Shown piece after piece: positions 10,401-18,747 of a DNA stretch of 64,000 nt. Position 1 is the stretch's first letter. Each line of letters opens with the position of its first letter. Position numbers and translations under genes: made by a program. Source of the stretch: a virus (Duplodnaviria; Caudoviricetes); the IMG/VR virus record IMGVR_UViG_2854727110_000001, positions 4,279 to 68,278 of that record; one strand, 5' to 3'. The notes beneath the pieces were generated by a model. The model had not been told where the DNA came from and made no database searches. It was given only the letters and a program-made list of their open reading frames with translations.

Positions 10401-13007
10401 CGCGATATCAGCGATCATCACGGCCGTCTTGGCCGCTGGCAGCATGCCGTAGGTTCGTATCTGCATTTCAACGGCCGCCACTTGGTCATTGATCGACGCG
10501 ATTTCCTTGTTCGCGGCATCGGTGGCAGCCGTCGCAGTTGCCGCCTGGCGCAGGCGCTCTTCCTCGTCGCGCATAAAGCTCGCGTCGAAAAAGGCCTTCT
10601 CGGCCGCGTCGCGTTTGCCCAGGATCTCGTTCAGCTCCTTCTGGTGCTTGGCCGCCTCGGCTTTGGTCGCGCTGTTGTGCCCTTGTAGTGCGCCGATCTC
10701 CTGGTCAAAAGCATCGATCTCGGCCTCGTAGGTTTTCAGGGCGTAGTCGCGCTTGTTCTGGTAGGCCTGCTGTACGGACAGCTCGCCACCCTTGAGGTAC
10801 ATGTCATCGAGCTTGCCCAGGGCGTCGTAGTGCGCTTTGGCAGTTGCCGCTTCCTTCGCGTATTGCTTGATTTGATCGGCGAGTTCAGTGTTTTCGACCT
10901 GATCAGCTTTCGGTTTGGTCTGCTCTGTGTGCGCCTTCGTTCGGGCAGCGATACCGGCGGCAACAGCTTCAGGCGTGAGTAGTGGCGAATCCGGGTCGAC
11001 AGCCCTGATTGCCTCGCGATTCTGCTTGTAAGCATCCAGGGCAACCGCCAACTCACTCATTCCCTTCTTCTGCATGCGGATATCTTCGGCGTGGATCATT
11101 GCGGCAGCATGAACAGCGCGAGAATTATTTTCCACGGTCTTGCCTTGTGCAATTGCGGCAGCATCGGCTTGATTCAGCCGGTCAACAGCATCAACCAATT
11201 TAAGAACAACTTCAGCGCGCTTTTCCTGAAATGCAGGAATAGGGAAATCAGCAGCGCGGCCATATTGTTTATTCTCAATAGCCATTTTCGTATCAAGATC
11301 CGCCAGCCATCCGCTATAAGCCTTTACATCACGCCCTGGAGTATCTTTTTTTCCATATTCGCCAATTGCGTCCATCGCCTTGCCAATTGCCGCAGTAATC
11401 CCATGCCATGCCTTTGCTACACTGCCGAGATTTTCGATCATTTGATCAGCGCCATCCTTGGTGGCCCTTGCAAATTCGGCGGTGGCTACTGCTGATGCGG
11501 CCTTTGCATCGCCATCCTTCTCCAGTGCTCGAATCTGCTCATAAACAGAGAGCGTCAAAAAGTGATACGTATCGTCAAGCTTGACGGTCGCACGAGTGAT
11601 CACCTCCGTAGCGCGATTGGTGCTACCAGTCGACTGAACGGCCAGGGATTCGAATTCTTTGATGGTTTTTTTGACAGAGGTTCCAGTCGCATATTCAAGA
11701 GCGATGACAGCATCGGTGATGTATGCGATCTGGTCGCCGGTAAATTTACCCGTGCCAGTCAACTCCGTAACAACCTTTTTAGCCTCGCCAATACTCCCAT
11801 GCGCAGCAGTCGCGGCATGCGCCAGTTCATTCAGCTTGTCACTGGTGACGCCTGCATAGTTGTTGGTCGAGATCAGGGCGTTATTCATCTCACGCTGCTC
11901 GCTGGCACCTTTGATCATCGCGTACGCTACCGTGCCCAGGGCGGCGGCGAAACCCAGCACGGCCAGGCCGGTGCTGCTGAACAGCAGCCCGGCAGCGCCG
12001 GTTTGTTCGCCGAGAACCATCATCGAACCGCCGAAGCGCTGGAATTGGCCCTGGCTCAGTTCGTGGGCCAGTACCAGCAATTCGCGCTTGGCGCTGGCCG
12101 ACTGGAAGCTGAAGCCTTCCATGTGTCCGCCGGCCTTCTTGGCCCCCTCTCCCGTCTCGGCCAGCTTATTGATCAGCGGCGCTGCAGCGTCGGAAACTCC
12201 CAGCTGGGCTGCGCGGTACGTTTGCAGTTGCTGTGTCGTCATGCCCAGCGTGGCCACCTGATCTTGTAAGCTTTTGATAAAGCGATCGCCGGCGGCAGCT
12301 GCGCGATCCTGCGCGCCAGCGGCATCACGCGCGGCCCGCTCTTCACGGTGCATCGCATCGATGCTATTGCCCAGAGCTGCCGCTTTGGTCTGGGCTGCAC
12401 TACCCAGGCCCAGCTCGGCAGCACGATAACGCTCCAGTTCGCCGCGCGCCATGCCGAAGGTGTCAATCTCGCGCTGCAGCTGCACCAGCATCTTGTGATT
12501 CGACTCTTCGAGAGTGCGCGCGGCTTCGGCAGCCTGGCGCATGAGGCGGCTCGTGTCGGCCATCGCGCCGTTGTAGTCGGCCTGCTTTTTCCATGTACGC
12601 TCCGTAGAGGCACCGAGGCTGTCGATGCCAGCGGCGGCGGCCTCGCTGCTGCGCCAGACGCCCATTGAGGAACCCATGAAGCCATCAAGCGTGTTACTGC
12701 CGCCGAGGAAGACAGTTCGAATACGGGTAGCGGTGGCGCCCATAGCGTCAATGGAGGTGGTCGCCGCATCGACTTTTGGCACCAAGCGCGCGCCGGCCTC
12801 GCCGATGGCGTCCACGGCCGCAGCGCCTTCGGCAGTTTTCCCCTTCGCGTCAGTACTGGCTTTGCCAAGTTTGTCAATGGCCGTCGTCGCGCTATCAACC
12901 TTCTTCTCGACACCCTCACTTGCGGCACCGAGGCGGTCCATAGCCTGGGCGCCTTGCTCCAGTTGGCGCGTATCAATCGAAAGTCTTAGTTCAGCAATGT
13001 CTGGCAT
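7455..13007 (-). CDS. Tape measure protein
   Basis: 1850 aa, Ala-rich and helical; lambda-type TMP motif (SAKRELLVLAHELSQGQFQRFGGSMMVLGEQ); follows the tail chaperone genes. Confidence 0.93.
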   Translation of the reverse strand: MPDIAELRLSIDTRQLEQGAQAMDRLGAASEGVEKKVDSATTAIDKLGKASTDAKGKTAEGAAAVDAIGEAGARLVPKVDAATTSIDAMGATATRIRTVFLGGSNTLDGFMGSSMGVWRSSEAAAAGIDSLGASTERTWKKQADYNGAMADTSRLMRQAAEAARTLEESNHKMLVQLQREIDTFGMARGELERYRAAELGLGSAAQTKAAALGNSIDAMHREERAARDAAGAQDRAAAAGDRFIKSLQDQVATLGMTTQQLQTYRAAQLGVSDAAAPLINKLAETGEGAKKAGGHMEGFSFQSASAKRELLVLAHELSQGQFQRFGGSMMVLGEQTGAAGLLFSSTGLAVLGFAAALGTVAYAMIKGASEQREMNNALISTNNYAGVTSDKLNELAHAATAAHGSIGEAKKVVTELTGTGKFTGDQIAYITDAVIALEYATGTSVKKTIKEFESLAVQSTGSTNRATEVITRATVKLDDTYHFLTLSVYEQIRALEKDGDAKAASAVATAEFARATKDGADQMIENLGSVAKAWHGITAAIGKAMDAIGEYGKKDTPGRDVKAYSGWLADLDTKMAIENKQYGRAADFPIPAFQEKRAEVVLKLVDAVDRLNQADAAAIAQGKTVENNSRAVHAAAMIHAEDIRMQKKGMSELAVALDAYKQNREAIRAVDPDSPLLTPEAVAAGIAARTKAHTEQTKPKADQVENTELADQIKQYAKEAATAKAHYDALGKLDDMYLKGGELSVQQAYQNKRDYALKTYEAEIDAFDQEIGALQGHNSATKAEAAKHQKELNEILGKRDAAEKAFFDASFMRDEEERLRQAATATAATDAANKEIASINDQVAAVEMQIRTYGMLPAAKTAVMIADIAEKNAALAGIAGAEKTIELNNLKIDGLKRLRAVQGISQAQEAGTDVAKAKELLDILTAVDTAAQAAATGMAESFGAVGKAIGSLTTALTGYERTQAAVAAQLKSSIQDAHGDRDKVAKAQGMAAQQGAQAQIKSYGDMASAAKGFFKENSAGYRALEGAEKAYRAFEMAMAIQSMVTKSGLLTAFTGLFVTAKATETAATVASVAPDLAASAAKGAAAAAVGVATQAQGDPYSAWARMAAMAAVMAALGFAVAGGGGGADTTAKDRQAATGTGSVLGNSSAKSESIAHSLAIMEKNSGLGLAQGAQMVGSLHQIVQGIGGLGSLLVRNAGVTGATAPDSLGAAQKFADSVLGKIPLIGGLLGKTVGGLIGSIFGGKTTTLDTGVTFGKTSLASIQAGGVSASQYTDTKTSGGWFSSDKYHRALSGLGAEANGQFAKIIMGLSDTVRSAASALGLGGDAFSAKLNSFVVGLDVSLKGLSGDDLQKALEAAFSKLGDDMASFGVAGLEQYQAVGEGYLETLARVSNDYMQVSDVLSVLNKSFGVTGLAAVSLSEGLINAAGGLDKLTSGTSYFVENFLTEAERMAPITKSANDAMGKLGASGVTTVDQFKALVLAQDLSTTAGQSMYAQLIAIAEPFKKAADYAAELAAATGEFAVAAKTASEIASEHRDLQQQLNQLTKSENELLAIQRAGLASVNRALFDQVQAAKAVVTAKDALAKAYETESTAAKTALDKSKSWVVTLNGLNASMALGAQSTLTPEQKYAEARAQFEKTLAAANAGDSTAQSGLSAAEQAFLSASQVVNASDARYVADYARVMAANDEAMRWASTQVDVAQASLDALTAQVLGLITINDSVLTVAQAIANLQVAMGVSNGLGVEFTNAPAVAVQAAMTSAPVPVVFDATRYSAGSNVGSDALVAEIRALNSRLDAQTVEIKGLREDQKKQTGATIQATVESNASAAKTVVAGVEKSAKTSAWGKPVEYQK

Positions 13008-13018
13008 AGATCGCCCAT

Positions 13019-13074
13019 AAAAAAAGCCACCCGAAGGTGGCTATGCACGAAAAAAAAGCCAGCAAAAGCTGGCT
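13019..13074 (-). terminator. Two tandem intrinsic terminators downstream of the moron
   Basis: AGCCACC-cgaa-GGTGGCT (13025-13042) and AGCCAGC-aaaa-GCTGGCT (13057-13074), each followed by a U-tract on the minus strand. Confidence 0.8.
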
Positions 13075-13084
13075 CGGAAAATTA

Positions 13085-13669
13085 TTAGGGCTTTTCTTTG
13101 ATTCCCCACTCGACTAATGTCCAGTAGTTATGATCACTGCGCTTCATATCGGTTTGCGCTTGCACTGCCGTCGATAGTGAAATTTGCATGACATTGTCTT
13201 TCACTTGTAAAACGGTCCATTTCTGATTTGCTTTCAAGTTTCCGCCATGAAAACAGAATGGATCGTTGTTTACGATCGTAGCCCAAGCGGTAAGTTCGCC
13301 AGCATCCCGATGCTGCAATGCTTTGGAAAAGGCGGATGGAAATTCACAGCCATACGACGATTCCATCATCGATACCACATCGTCGGCATGAATCGCATTT
13401 GGGTCGTTTGCAATAGCTTTCCGCTTATTCGAATCCGCAATGCCGAAAATGATCGCACTGCCCAAAAAAAGAACGACCAAGACCGCAACTGCCCATGCAA
13501 CATAGTAGAAAATCCCACGGGACTTCCTTGCAGGCAATCCGTCGGGCGACGCGACCGGAGTAGAAAACTGCGCCTCCACGCCGGCTACTTGCGGGTGGCC
13601 ACATTTCGGACAGGCATTTGCCAAGTTACTTATTTTGCTCCCGCACTCAGTACAGTCGATTAATGCCAC
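13085..13669 (-). CDS. Moron: zinc-ribbon + single-TM membrane protein (possible superinfection exclusion)
   Basis: GTG start at 13669 with GAGGAGG SD; N-terminal CTECG...CPKCG; TM segment IFYYVAWAVAVLVVLFLGSAIIFGI; AT-rich; own terminators. Confidence 0.7.
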   Translation of the reverse strand: MALIDCTECGSKISNLANACPKCGHPQVAGVEAQFSTPVASPDGLPARKSRGIFYYVAWAVAVLVVLFLGSAIIFGIADSNKRKAIANDPNAIHADDVVSMMESSYGCEFPSAFSKALQHRDAGELTAWATIVNNDPFCFHGGNLKANQKWTVLQVKDNVMQISLSTAVQAQTDMKRSDHNYWTLVEWGIKEKP

Positions 13670-13790
13670 AACACCTCCTCGTTTATCAAGGGGCAATGTT
13701 ACACCAATGCCATCAAGCAATATAACCTGACCATACCAAATCTCGCATGTTGTGTCATTTTTCTGACGATGGCTTTTGCATCTGTGGCAA

Positions 13791-14147
13791 CTAAGGCTCG
13801 TTTTGGTGGTACATGAACAGCGCATCCAGGCGATCAATCACGCCTTCCTCGAACGGATCGAAGCGAATGCCGTGGCGCGCCTGCCAGGCCAATATCTCGG
13901 CGCTGGACAGCGCATTGACTGCCATACCGCACTGTCGTTTCTGGTTCAGCTGGGTGAACCAAGTCCAGAGGTATGCCAGCTCGGGCGGAAGTTGCGGCAC
14001 TGCCGGCGCCTCGGGTGCGCGGTACAGCGGGTTTTGTCTGGCAGTATCCAGGTGATCGCCCTTGGCGTTGCCATCGCCTGCCACTGTCGCGCGATCGAAC
14101 AGGTGATCGGCGTACAGCAGCAGGGCCTGGATCAGACCTTCAAAAAA
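13791..14147 (-). CDS. Tail assembly chaperone C-terminal part (gpT-like, reached by -1 frameshift)
   Basis: The -1 frame after T TTT TTG is open (FEGLIQALLLYADHLF...PPELAYLWTWFTQLNQKRQCGMAVNALS..EILAW). Confidence 0.8.
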   Translation of the reverse strand, partial: FFEGLIQALLLYADHLFDRATVAGDGNAKGDHLDTARQNPLYRAPEAPAVPQLPPELAYLWTWFTQLNQKRQCGMAVNALSSAEILAWQARHGIRFDPFEEGVIDRLDALFMYHQNEP

Positions 14148-14596
14148 TTGGCGTCGTTTTCCAGGGCGGCCGTTACGCGCTCTTGCCAGGTCGGGTATTT
14201 GTCGAACGCCGCGGCGATCATCGACTTGTCGAACGCAACCGGTGCGCCGTTGCTGGTGAAACCGTACCAGTCGACGGCCACTGCCAGCGCCAGGCGCTTC
14301 TGGTTGTCATCGATGACGGTCACCAACTGGTTAGAGCCTTCGTCGGTCGAGGCATCGATGGCGGTCTTGCGCTTGGCCGACTTCTTGTAGCCTTCGGCGC
14401 GCAAGGCGTGGTTTTCCTTGCGGTATTCGTCGGAATTCTTGCCGACGATCTTGATGCCGGCCACGGGCTCGCCGTCGGCGTCAAAGATCACGGGCACGTC
14501 GAAGGTGACGCGCGCGGCCGGCGCGGACAGGTTGGCGATGTCGAAGCCGGCGACTGCCAGGGCTTGAGCGGTGTTCAAGGAAGCGATGGTATTCAT
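14132..14596 (-). CDS. Tail assembly chaperone (gpG-like)
   Basis: Start trimmed to MNTIAS; lies between tail tube and TMP; ends ...DANFLKV on a slippery site. Confidence 0.8.
   Translation of the reverse strand: MNTIASLNTAQALAVAGFDIANLSAPAARVTFDVPVIFDADGEPVAGIKIVGKNSDEYRKENHALRAEGYKKSAKRKTAIDASTDEGSNQLVTVIDDNQKRLALAVAVDWYGFTSNGAPVAFDKSMIAAAFDKYPTWQERVTAALENDANFLKV
14141..14147 (-). other. Programmed -1 ribosomal frameshift site T TTT TTG
   Basis: AAT TTT TTG just before the gpG stop; the downstream ORF is exactly in the -1 frame. Confidence 0.8.
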
Positions 14597-14722
14597 GGAT
14601 ATTGCCTTTTCGTGGGATGGAGAATAAGTGCCCGTGCCGGCCGCCGCGCCCACGAAGGCGACAGCGACCGGTCGGTGCTGGGGTGGCGCATGCGCCAAAA
14701 GAAAGCCCGGCGCTTGACCGGG

Positions 14723-15229
14723 TCAGGAAAGAAGTGATGGTTGAATCTGGTTACTGATCTGATTCAGTCGTTCGGTGAGCGGCGGCTTGCGCGTCTTGTG
14801 CTCGCTCAGGCCTTTGCCGCACATGCTGGCAAAACGGTCTTGGTCATCGGCAGCAGCCTTTGCCTTGAACCACTCAACCATCAGCGAGTGCTGCGGCACA
14901 CCCTGGCGCTCCGCATGCTCGAGCTGATCGAGCACCCAGCGGCGGAATGCCACGCCATTCGATGTTCGTGCAAACATGCCGACAAGGTGCGCGCCACGCA
15001 GGCTAAAGAGCCGAATATCGGATGGCGGCGCGCCACGTCCCAAACTGACGGCCTGAAAAACTGTCGTCATCGAGGTGGAAAATTCACGCTCGTGACGCTC
15101 AAAAATCCGCGAGACCTGGTCGCTTCGCTTGTAACCCAGTGCCACGGCGATATCGGCAGCGCTAAGCCATGTTTTGCCGTCGTGTTCGACCAAGGAAAAG
15201 TTGTGGTTATTGAATTTCAATTCATGCAT
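14723..15229 (-). CDS. Bro-N family (antirepressor-like) protein inserted in the tail operon
   Basis: WLSAADIAVALGY...IRLFSLRGAHLVGMFART..G.AFRRWVLD. Confidence 0.8.
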   Translation of the reverse strand: MHELKFNNHNFSLVEHDGKTWLSAADIAVALGYKRSDQVSRIFERHEREFSTSMTTVFQAVSLGRGAPPSDIRLFSLRGAHLVGMFARTSNGVAFRRWVLDQLEHAERQGVPQHSLMVEWFKAKAAADDQDRFASMCGKGLSEHKTRKPPLTERLNQISNQIQPSLLS

Positions 15230-15274
15230 GGCAGAGCCTTTCATTGAACGCCCGGCGCGCAGCCGGGCAAAGGG

Positions 15275-16480
15275 TTACACCAGGCTCGTATCCTGGAACG
15301 CCACGGTCGTGGCCTCGTGTTGCGCATCAGTGCCCTGGTAGCGGAGGATGTCAAAAGCGCACGTGACGATCTTGTTCTTCTCGCCGTCATCGACCTTGGC
15401 GCTGGTGATCTTGATGCGGCCCATGGCGATGGTCATCACCTCGGCCAGCGGCGCCGTGCTAGCCGCCATGGCGTAGGCCAGCGGCAGCTCGACTTCCTGC
15501 TTGAAGTAGTCGATGTATGCCGAATCCTGCATCAGCACCGTGAACTGCCCCGAGCCCAGCACCTTGCCGCGCGAGGCGGCGGTAGCAAACTTGGAGCCGA
15601 TCACGGGATCGATCTTGACCTGGCCGTCCAGCGACAGCGACATGCCAGTGCAGATTTGCGACGGGATGCCGGCGACCGACAGCATCGCTGTGGCGCCGGA
15701 GAACTTGCCGGTACCAGGCGTGGCGGCAGGCGCATTGAAGTAGGCGGCCGGTGTCGTCGCGCCTTCCAGCTTGCCCATCAGGGTGAAGTCCATGCTGGTG
15801 ATGCCGTTCGGCTGCACAGCAATATCGACCTTGCTCACCAGCTGGTCGATGAAGCAGCGATTCACCGCGATGCCCGGATCCTGCACTTCTGCAGTGAACC
15901 AGTCGGTGGTGTGGCCGGTCAGCGGCGTGAAGGAGCGCTTGCCGGTCGCGGTTACGGTCACCGGGTCGCCGGCGGCTTTGACCGTCATCGCCGAGCCGTC
16001 CATGAACTGACCTGCCAACACCAAGGCAGTCACCGAGGTAACGAAGAAGTTCTTGCCGTTGTTGGTGGTGGCAGTGGTGGCAAAGCCGCCGATGCGCACG
16101 ACGGTACCGGCGCGGTGGCCGTCGGCGAGCCAGGAGCCAGCACTGCGCGTCAGGCCCGTCGCACCCGATGCGATGGTGGTTTGCGCCGTGGTCAGGCCGC
16201 CAGCCGTGAAGTCGCGGCGCAGCAGCGCGGCCAGCAGCACGGCGTAGGTACCGCACGAGGCCTCGCCCTTGATGGCGCCGGAGGTGCGGAAGTTGCCCAG
16301 GCGGGTGTCGCCCTGTTGCTGGCTCGGGTCGATCTCGTTGCTCGAGTACTTGTCGGCGTCCGTGTCGAACGTCGCGGTCACACGCGGGTAGAGCCGGCCG
16401 TTGGCGGCCAGGGCCTTGCTGCCTTCCGCTGGTTGCTTGCCGATAACGAGCAGGCTGTCGATGCCGTTTGCAGTGGTCAT
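15275..16480 (-). CDS. Major tail tube protein
   Basis: 401 aa; S.EI...Q..D.RLG motif; position upstream of the tail chaperone. Confidence 0.8.
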   Translation of the reverse strand: MTTANGIDSLLVIGKQPAEGSKALAANGRLYPRVTATFDTDADKYSSNEIDPSQQQGDTRLGNFRTSGAIKGEASCGTYAVLLAALLRRDFTAGGLTTAQTTIASGATGLTRSAGSWLADGHRAGTVVRIGGFATTATTNNGKNFFVTSVTALVLAGQFMDGSAMTVKAAGDPVTVTATGKRSFTPLTGHTTDWFTAEVQDPGIAVNRCFIDQLVSKVDIAVQPNGITSMDFTLMGKLEGATTPAAYFNAPAATPGTGKFSGATAMLSVAGIPSQICTGMSLSLDGQVKIDPVIGSKFATAASRGKVLGSGQFTVLMQDSAYIDYFKQEVELPLAYAMAASTAPLAEVMTIAMGRIKITSAKVDDGEKNKIVTCAFDILRYQGTDAQHEATTVAFQDTSLV

Positions 16481-16547
16481 GGTGGGGATTGCCTTTCTTT
16501 GGTCGAAAAAAAAGACCGCCGAGGCGATCTGTGTGGGGTGATGCGGG

Positions 16548-16949
16548 TTACAGGTTGCAGAAATACCGGATCTTCACTGGCACCATCCAGCGGTCGCCAT
16601 CCTCGCGACCATCGGCAATTTCCGGCGTGCGCTCGATCTGCACGGTCACGTCGTTCTTGGTGAAGCTGGCACCGCGGTGAAACAGAGCCGCGATCATCTC
16701 GGCGCGCGCACCTGCGGTAGCAGTACCCTGCCCTGGCGGATACATCAGGCTAACTTGGAAGATGCCGCGCTCCTGGCGCGAGCCATCGCCCATGGAATAG
16801 TTGTGCGGCGCAGCTGGTAGCAGGTAGGCCGCCTGGTATGGCCGGCCGGTGACTGGCGTGTACGGCACGTTCTGCCATGCGGTATCGATTGCCGGCGCGA
16901 GGCTGGCCAGGGCCGCCTCCAGCGCAGCGCGGATTGTTGGTTGGCTCAT
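16548..16949 (-). CDS. Tail terminator-like protein
   Basis: AWQNVPYTP...GIFQVSLMYP.G.G motif (DUF4128-like). Confidence 0.75.
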   Translation of the reverse strand: MSQPTIRAALEAALASLAPAIDTAWQNVPYTPVTGRPYQAAYLLPAAPHNYSMGDGSRQERGIFQVSLMYPPGQGTATAGARAEMIAALFHRGASFTKNDVTVQIERTPEIADGREDGDRWMVPVKIRYFCNL

Positions 16950-17446
16950 AATTTGTATGTCGAATAGCCTTGGGCGAAGTCACTTTCACTCGTACCGCCA
17001 CGCAGTTCGAGCACCGACTTATCGACTATTTTTTGAAAATTCAGCACAGTCAACATGACAACACCTATCGGCGCCCGGCGCGCCCATCCATCCTCTATTC
17101 GCTTAGCATAAGGTAAATTATTGACGAGATAAATGACATCCCCTGCTTTCGCAGCCCTCATCGCATCGCCATGGGCTGCTATCGTGGCTGCACCATCTTT
17201 ATCGATACGATCAAGGACGGCAGTAGCCGGTGAGCCAAGCGATAATTGCCAATTGCCCCTAAATCTGCCGCCAGCGTAACCAGGAGGCGGCTTGCGCTTC
17301 CAATATATGGCATCGCCAACAGGCGACCTACTGTCGATTTCTTTAGAAATCCCCATCGTAATGGAGCGTACAAGCAGATCTTGACTCGCCTTGGTCTTGG
17401 CGATGAACTCGCCGATCTGCATGGAAAATGAACCCTTAGCCATCAA
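16946..17446 (-). CDS. HK97 gp10-like tail-completion protein
   Basis: SPV...GRFRGNWQ...IYLVNNLPYAKRIEDGW...AP.G motif. Confidence 0.8.
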   Translation of the reverse strand: MMAKGSFSMQIGEFIAKTKASQDLLVRSITMGISKEIDSRSPVGDAIYWKRKPPPGYAGGRFRGNWQLSLGSPATAVLDRIDKDGAATIAAHGDAMRAAKAGDVIYLVNNLPYAKRIEDGWARRAPIGVVMLTVLNFQKIVDKSVLELRGGTSESDFAQGYSTYKL

Positions 17447-17817
17447 ATCCCCCTGAGTTGCAGCGTGTGCAGCACGGCCACGTCGACCGGTTCGGTCTTG
17501 CCCGCGTTCTGGATCGTGTAGCTGACGTCGCCGAACAGCACCAGGTCAGCCGTGGTCGGCGCCGGCATTGGTAAGCCGTTGCGCTGCAGCGCCGACAGCA
17601 GCAGCTTCTGGTCGCCCGCCTGAATCAGCGTGCCGTCGATGTTTTCGGCCTCGTAGGCGATTTTCACGCCCGTGCCTTCGTAGTCGGTCGTGGTGCTGGG
17701 CGCTGCGCCCACGTCGGGATCGTACACGCCAGTCACGACTCGGCGCAGCACCACGATGCCGCCCTTGCGGCGCAGCGACTGGTCAGCGCGCGCGGCGGTT
17801 TTGACGTAGTCGGTCAT
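17443..17817 (-). CDS. Head-tail joining protein
   Basis: YDP...IDGTLIQAGD motif; neck-module position. Confidence 0.7.
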   Translation of the reverse strand: MTDYVKTAARADQSLRRKGGIVVLRRVVTGVYDPDVGAAPSTTTDYEGTGVKIAYEAENIDGTLIQAGDQKLLLSALQRNGLPMPAPTTADLVLFGDVSYTIQNAGKTEPVDVAVLHTLQLRGI

Positions 17818-17820
17818 AAG

Positions 17821-18192
17821 CTATGGCACTTTCACGTAGTCATACGGCGGCGTCTCAGCGAAGCGCACCGCCCTGATCGTGGTCTTGCCGTCGATCAGCG
17901 CGCGCAGCACCCGGTGCCAGCCGTCCATAATGAAGCCCTGCTGGCACATGATGATCGGGTAGCTGGTGTCGACGTCGAGCGCGCGGCGCACGTGGTGCGC
18001 GATGCCGTAGGCCGATCCGACAGGGGTCCAGACCTCGCTGCCGGAGTAGATCGCCGACAGCGGCAGGTCGAACGGGACGAGATCCTTGGCGCGTGCGATC
18101 AGGTTGGTGACGATCCACACCTTGTCGCCCTCGCGGTAGGTGTTATCAGCGACGAAACAGCCGTCGATCTTCACTGCCGGATATGCGCTCAT
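17821..18192 (-). CDS. Stand-alone ParB/Srx N-terminal-like protein
   Basis: YPII.....IMDGWHRV.RA...G...I motif. Confidence 0.65.
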   Translation of the reverse strand: MSAYPAVKIDGCFVADNTYREGDKVWIVTNLIARAKDLVPFDLPLSAIYSGSEVWTPVGSAYGIAHHVRRALDVDTSYPIIMCQQGFIMDGWHRVLRALIDGKTTIRAVRFAETPPYDYVKVP

Positions 18193-18701
18193 GCTCGTGT
18201 CACCTTCATCGAATTGCCACCACCGGTTGCGCCAAAGTACGGCACAAGGAGCGCGTCCACGGCCACGAAGCGCTCGCGCGCGTCCGTGGTGTTCTGGAAG
18301 TACTCCGTTTCCAGCGGCCCGGTCTTATCCTTCTTAATGGCGTTCGAACCGGTGTCGAGGTCTGGCAGCAGATCCTCGCCGTTACCGGCGCGCACGGCCA
18401 GGTCGATGCAGGCATTGATCACGTCGACCGGCACCGTGGTGCTTGGCACGGTGAAGCCGTCCACTGCCACGTTGTAGCGCGGCCAGTCCAGCGCCTGGCG
18501 CTGATATACGCGGCGGCCGGCCCAGCGCGTGCGGTAGGTGGCCATGAACAGCGTCGCCTTGCGCAAGGCGATCTCTTTGGAGGACTCGGCCAGCGCCGCC
18601 CAGGCGATCAGGCCCAGGCTGGCGCAGCGCGCATCAGCTGCGGCGACGCTGGCATAGGATTCGGCATTGGCCAGGCCGGCGCCGGTTTCAGTGATGAGCA
18701 T
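18189..18701 (-). CDS. Head-tail connector (family often annotated DnaT-like ssDNA-binding)
   Basis: ETG.GLANAESYASVA...QALDWPR...P..V..A..LA. Confidence 0.7.
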   Translation of the reverse strand: MLITETGAGLANAESYASVAAADARCASLGLIAWAALAESSKEIALRKATLFMATYRTRWAGRRVYQRQALDWPRYNVAVDGFTVPSTTVPVDVINACIDLAVRAGNGEDLLPDLDTGSNAIKKDKTGPLETEYFQNTTDARERFVAVDALLVPYFGATGGGNSMKVTRA

Positions 18702-18747
18702 GATGATCCTGATATGGAAAGCCCGCGCGCGGCAGGAGGTGCTGCAT

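Noticed and set aside
6067-16663. Long plus-strand ORFs opposite tail genes (e.g. 6067-7464, 15317-16663)
   Set aside because: Shadow ORFs; unlike the intein-nested HNH ORF, none has a recognisable domain or its own SD.
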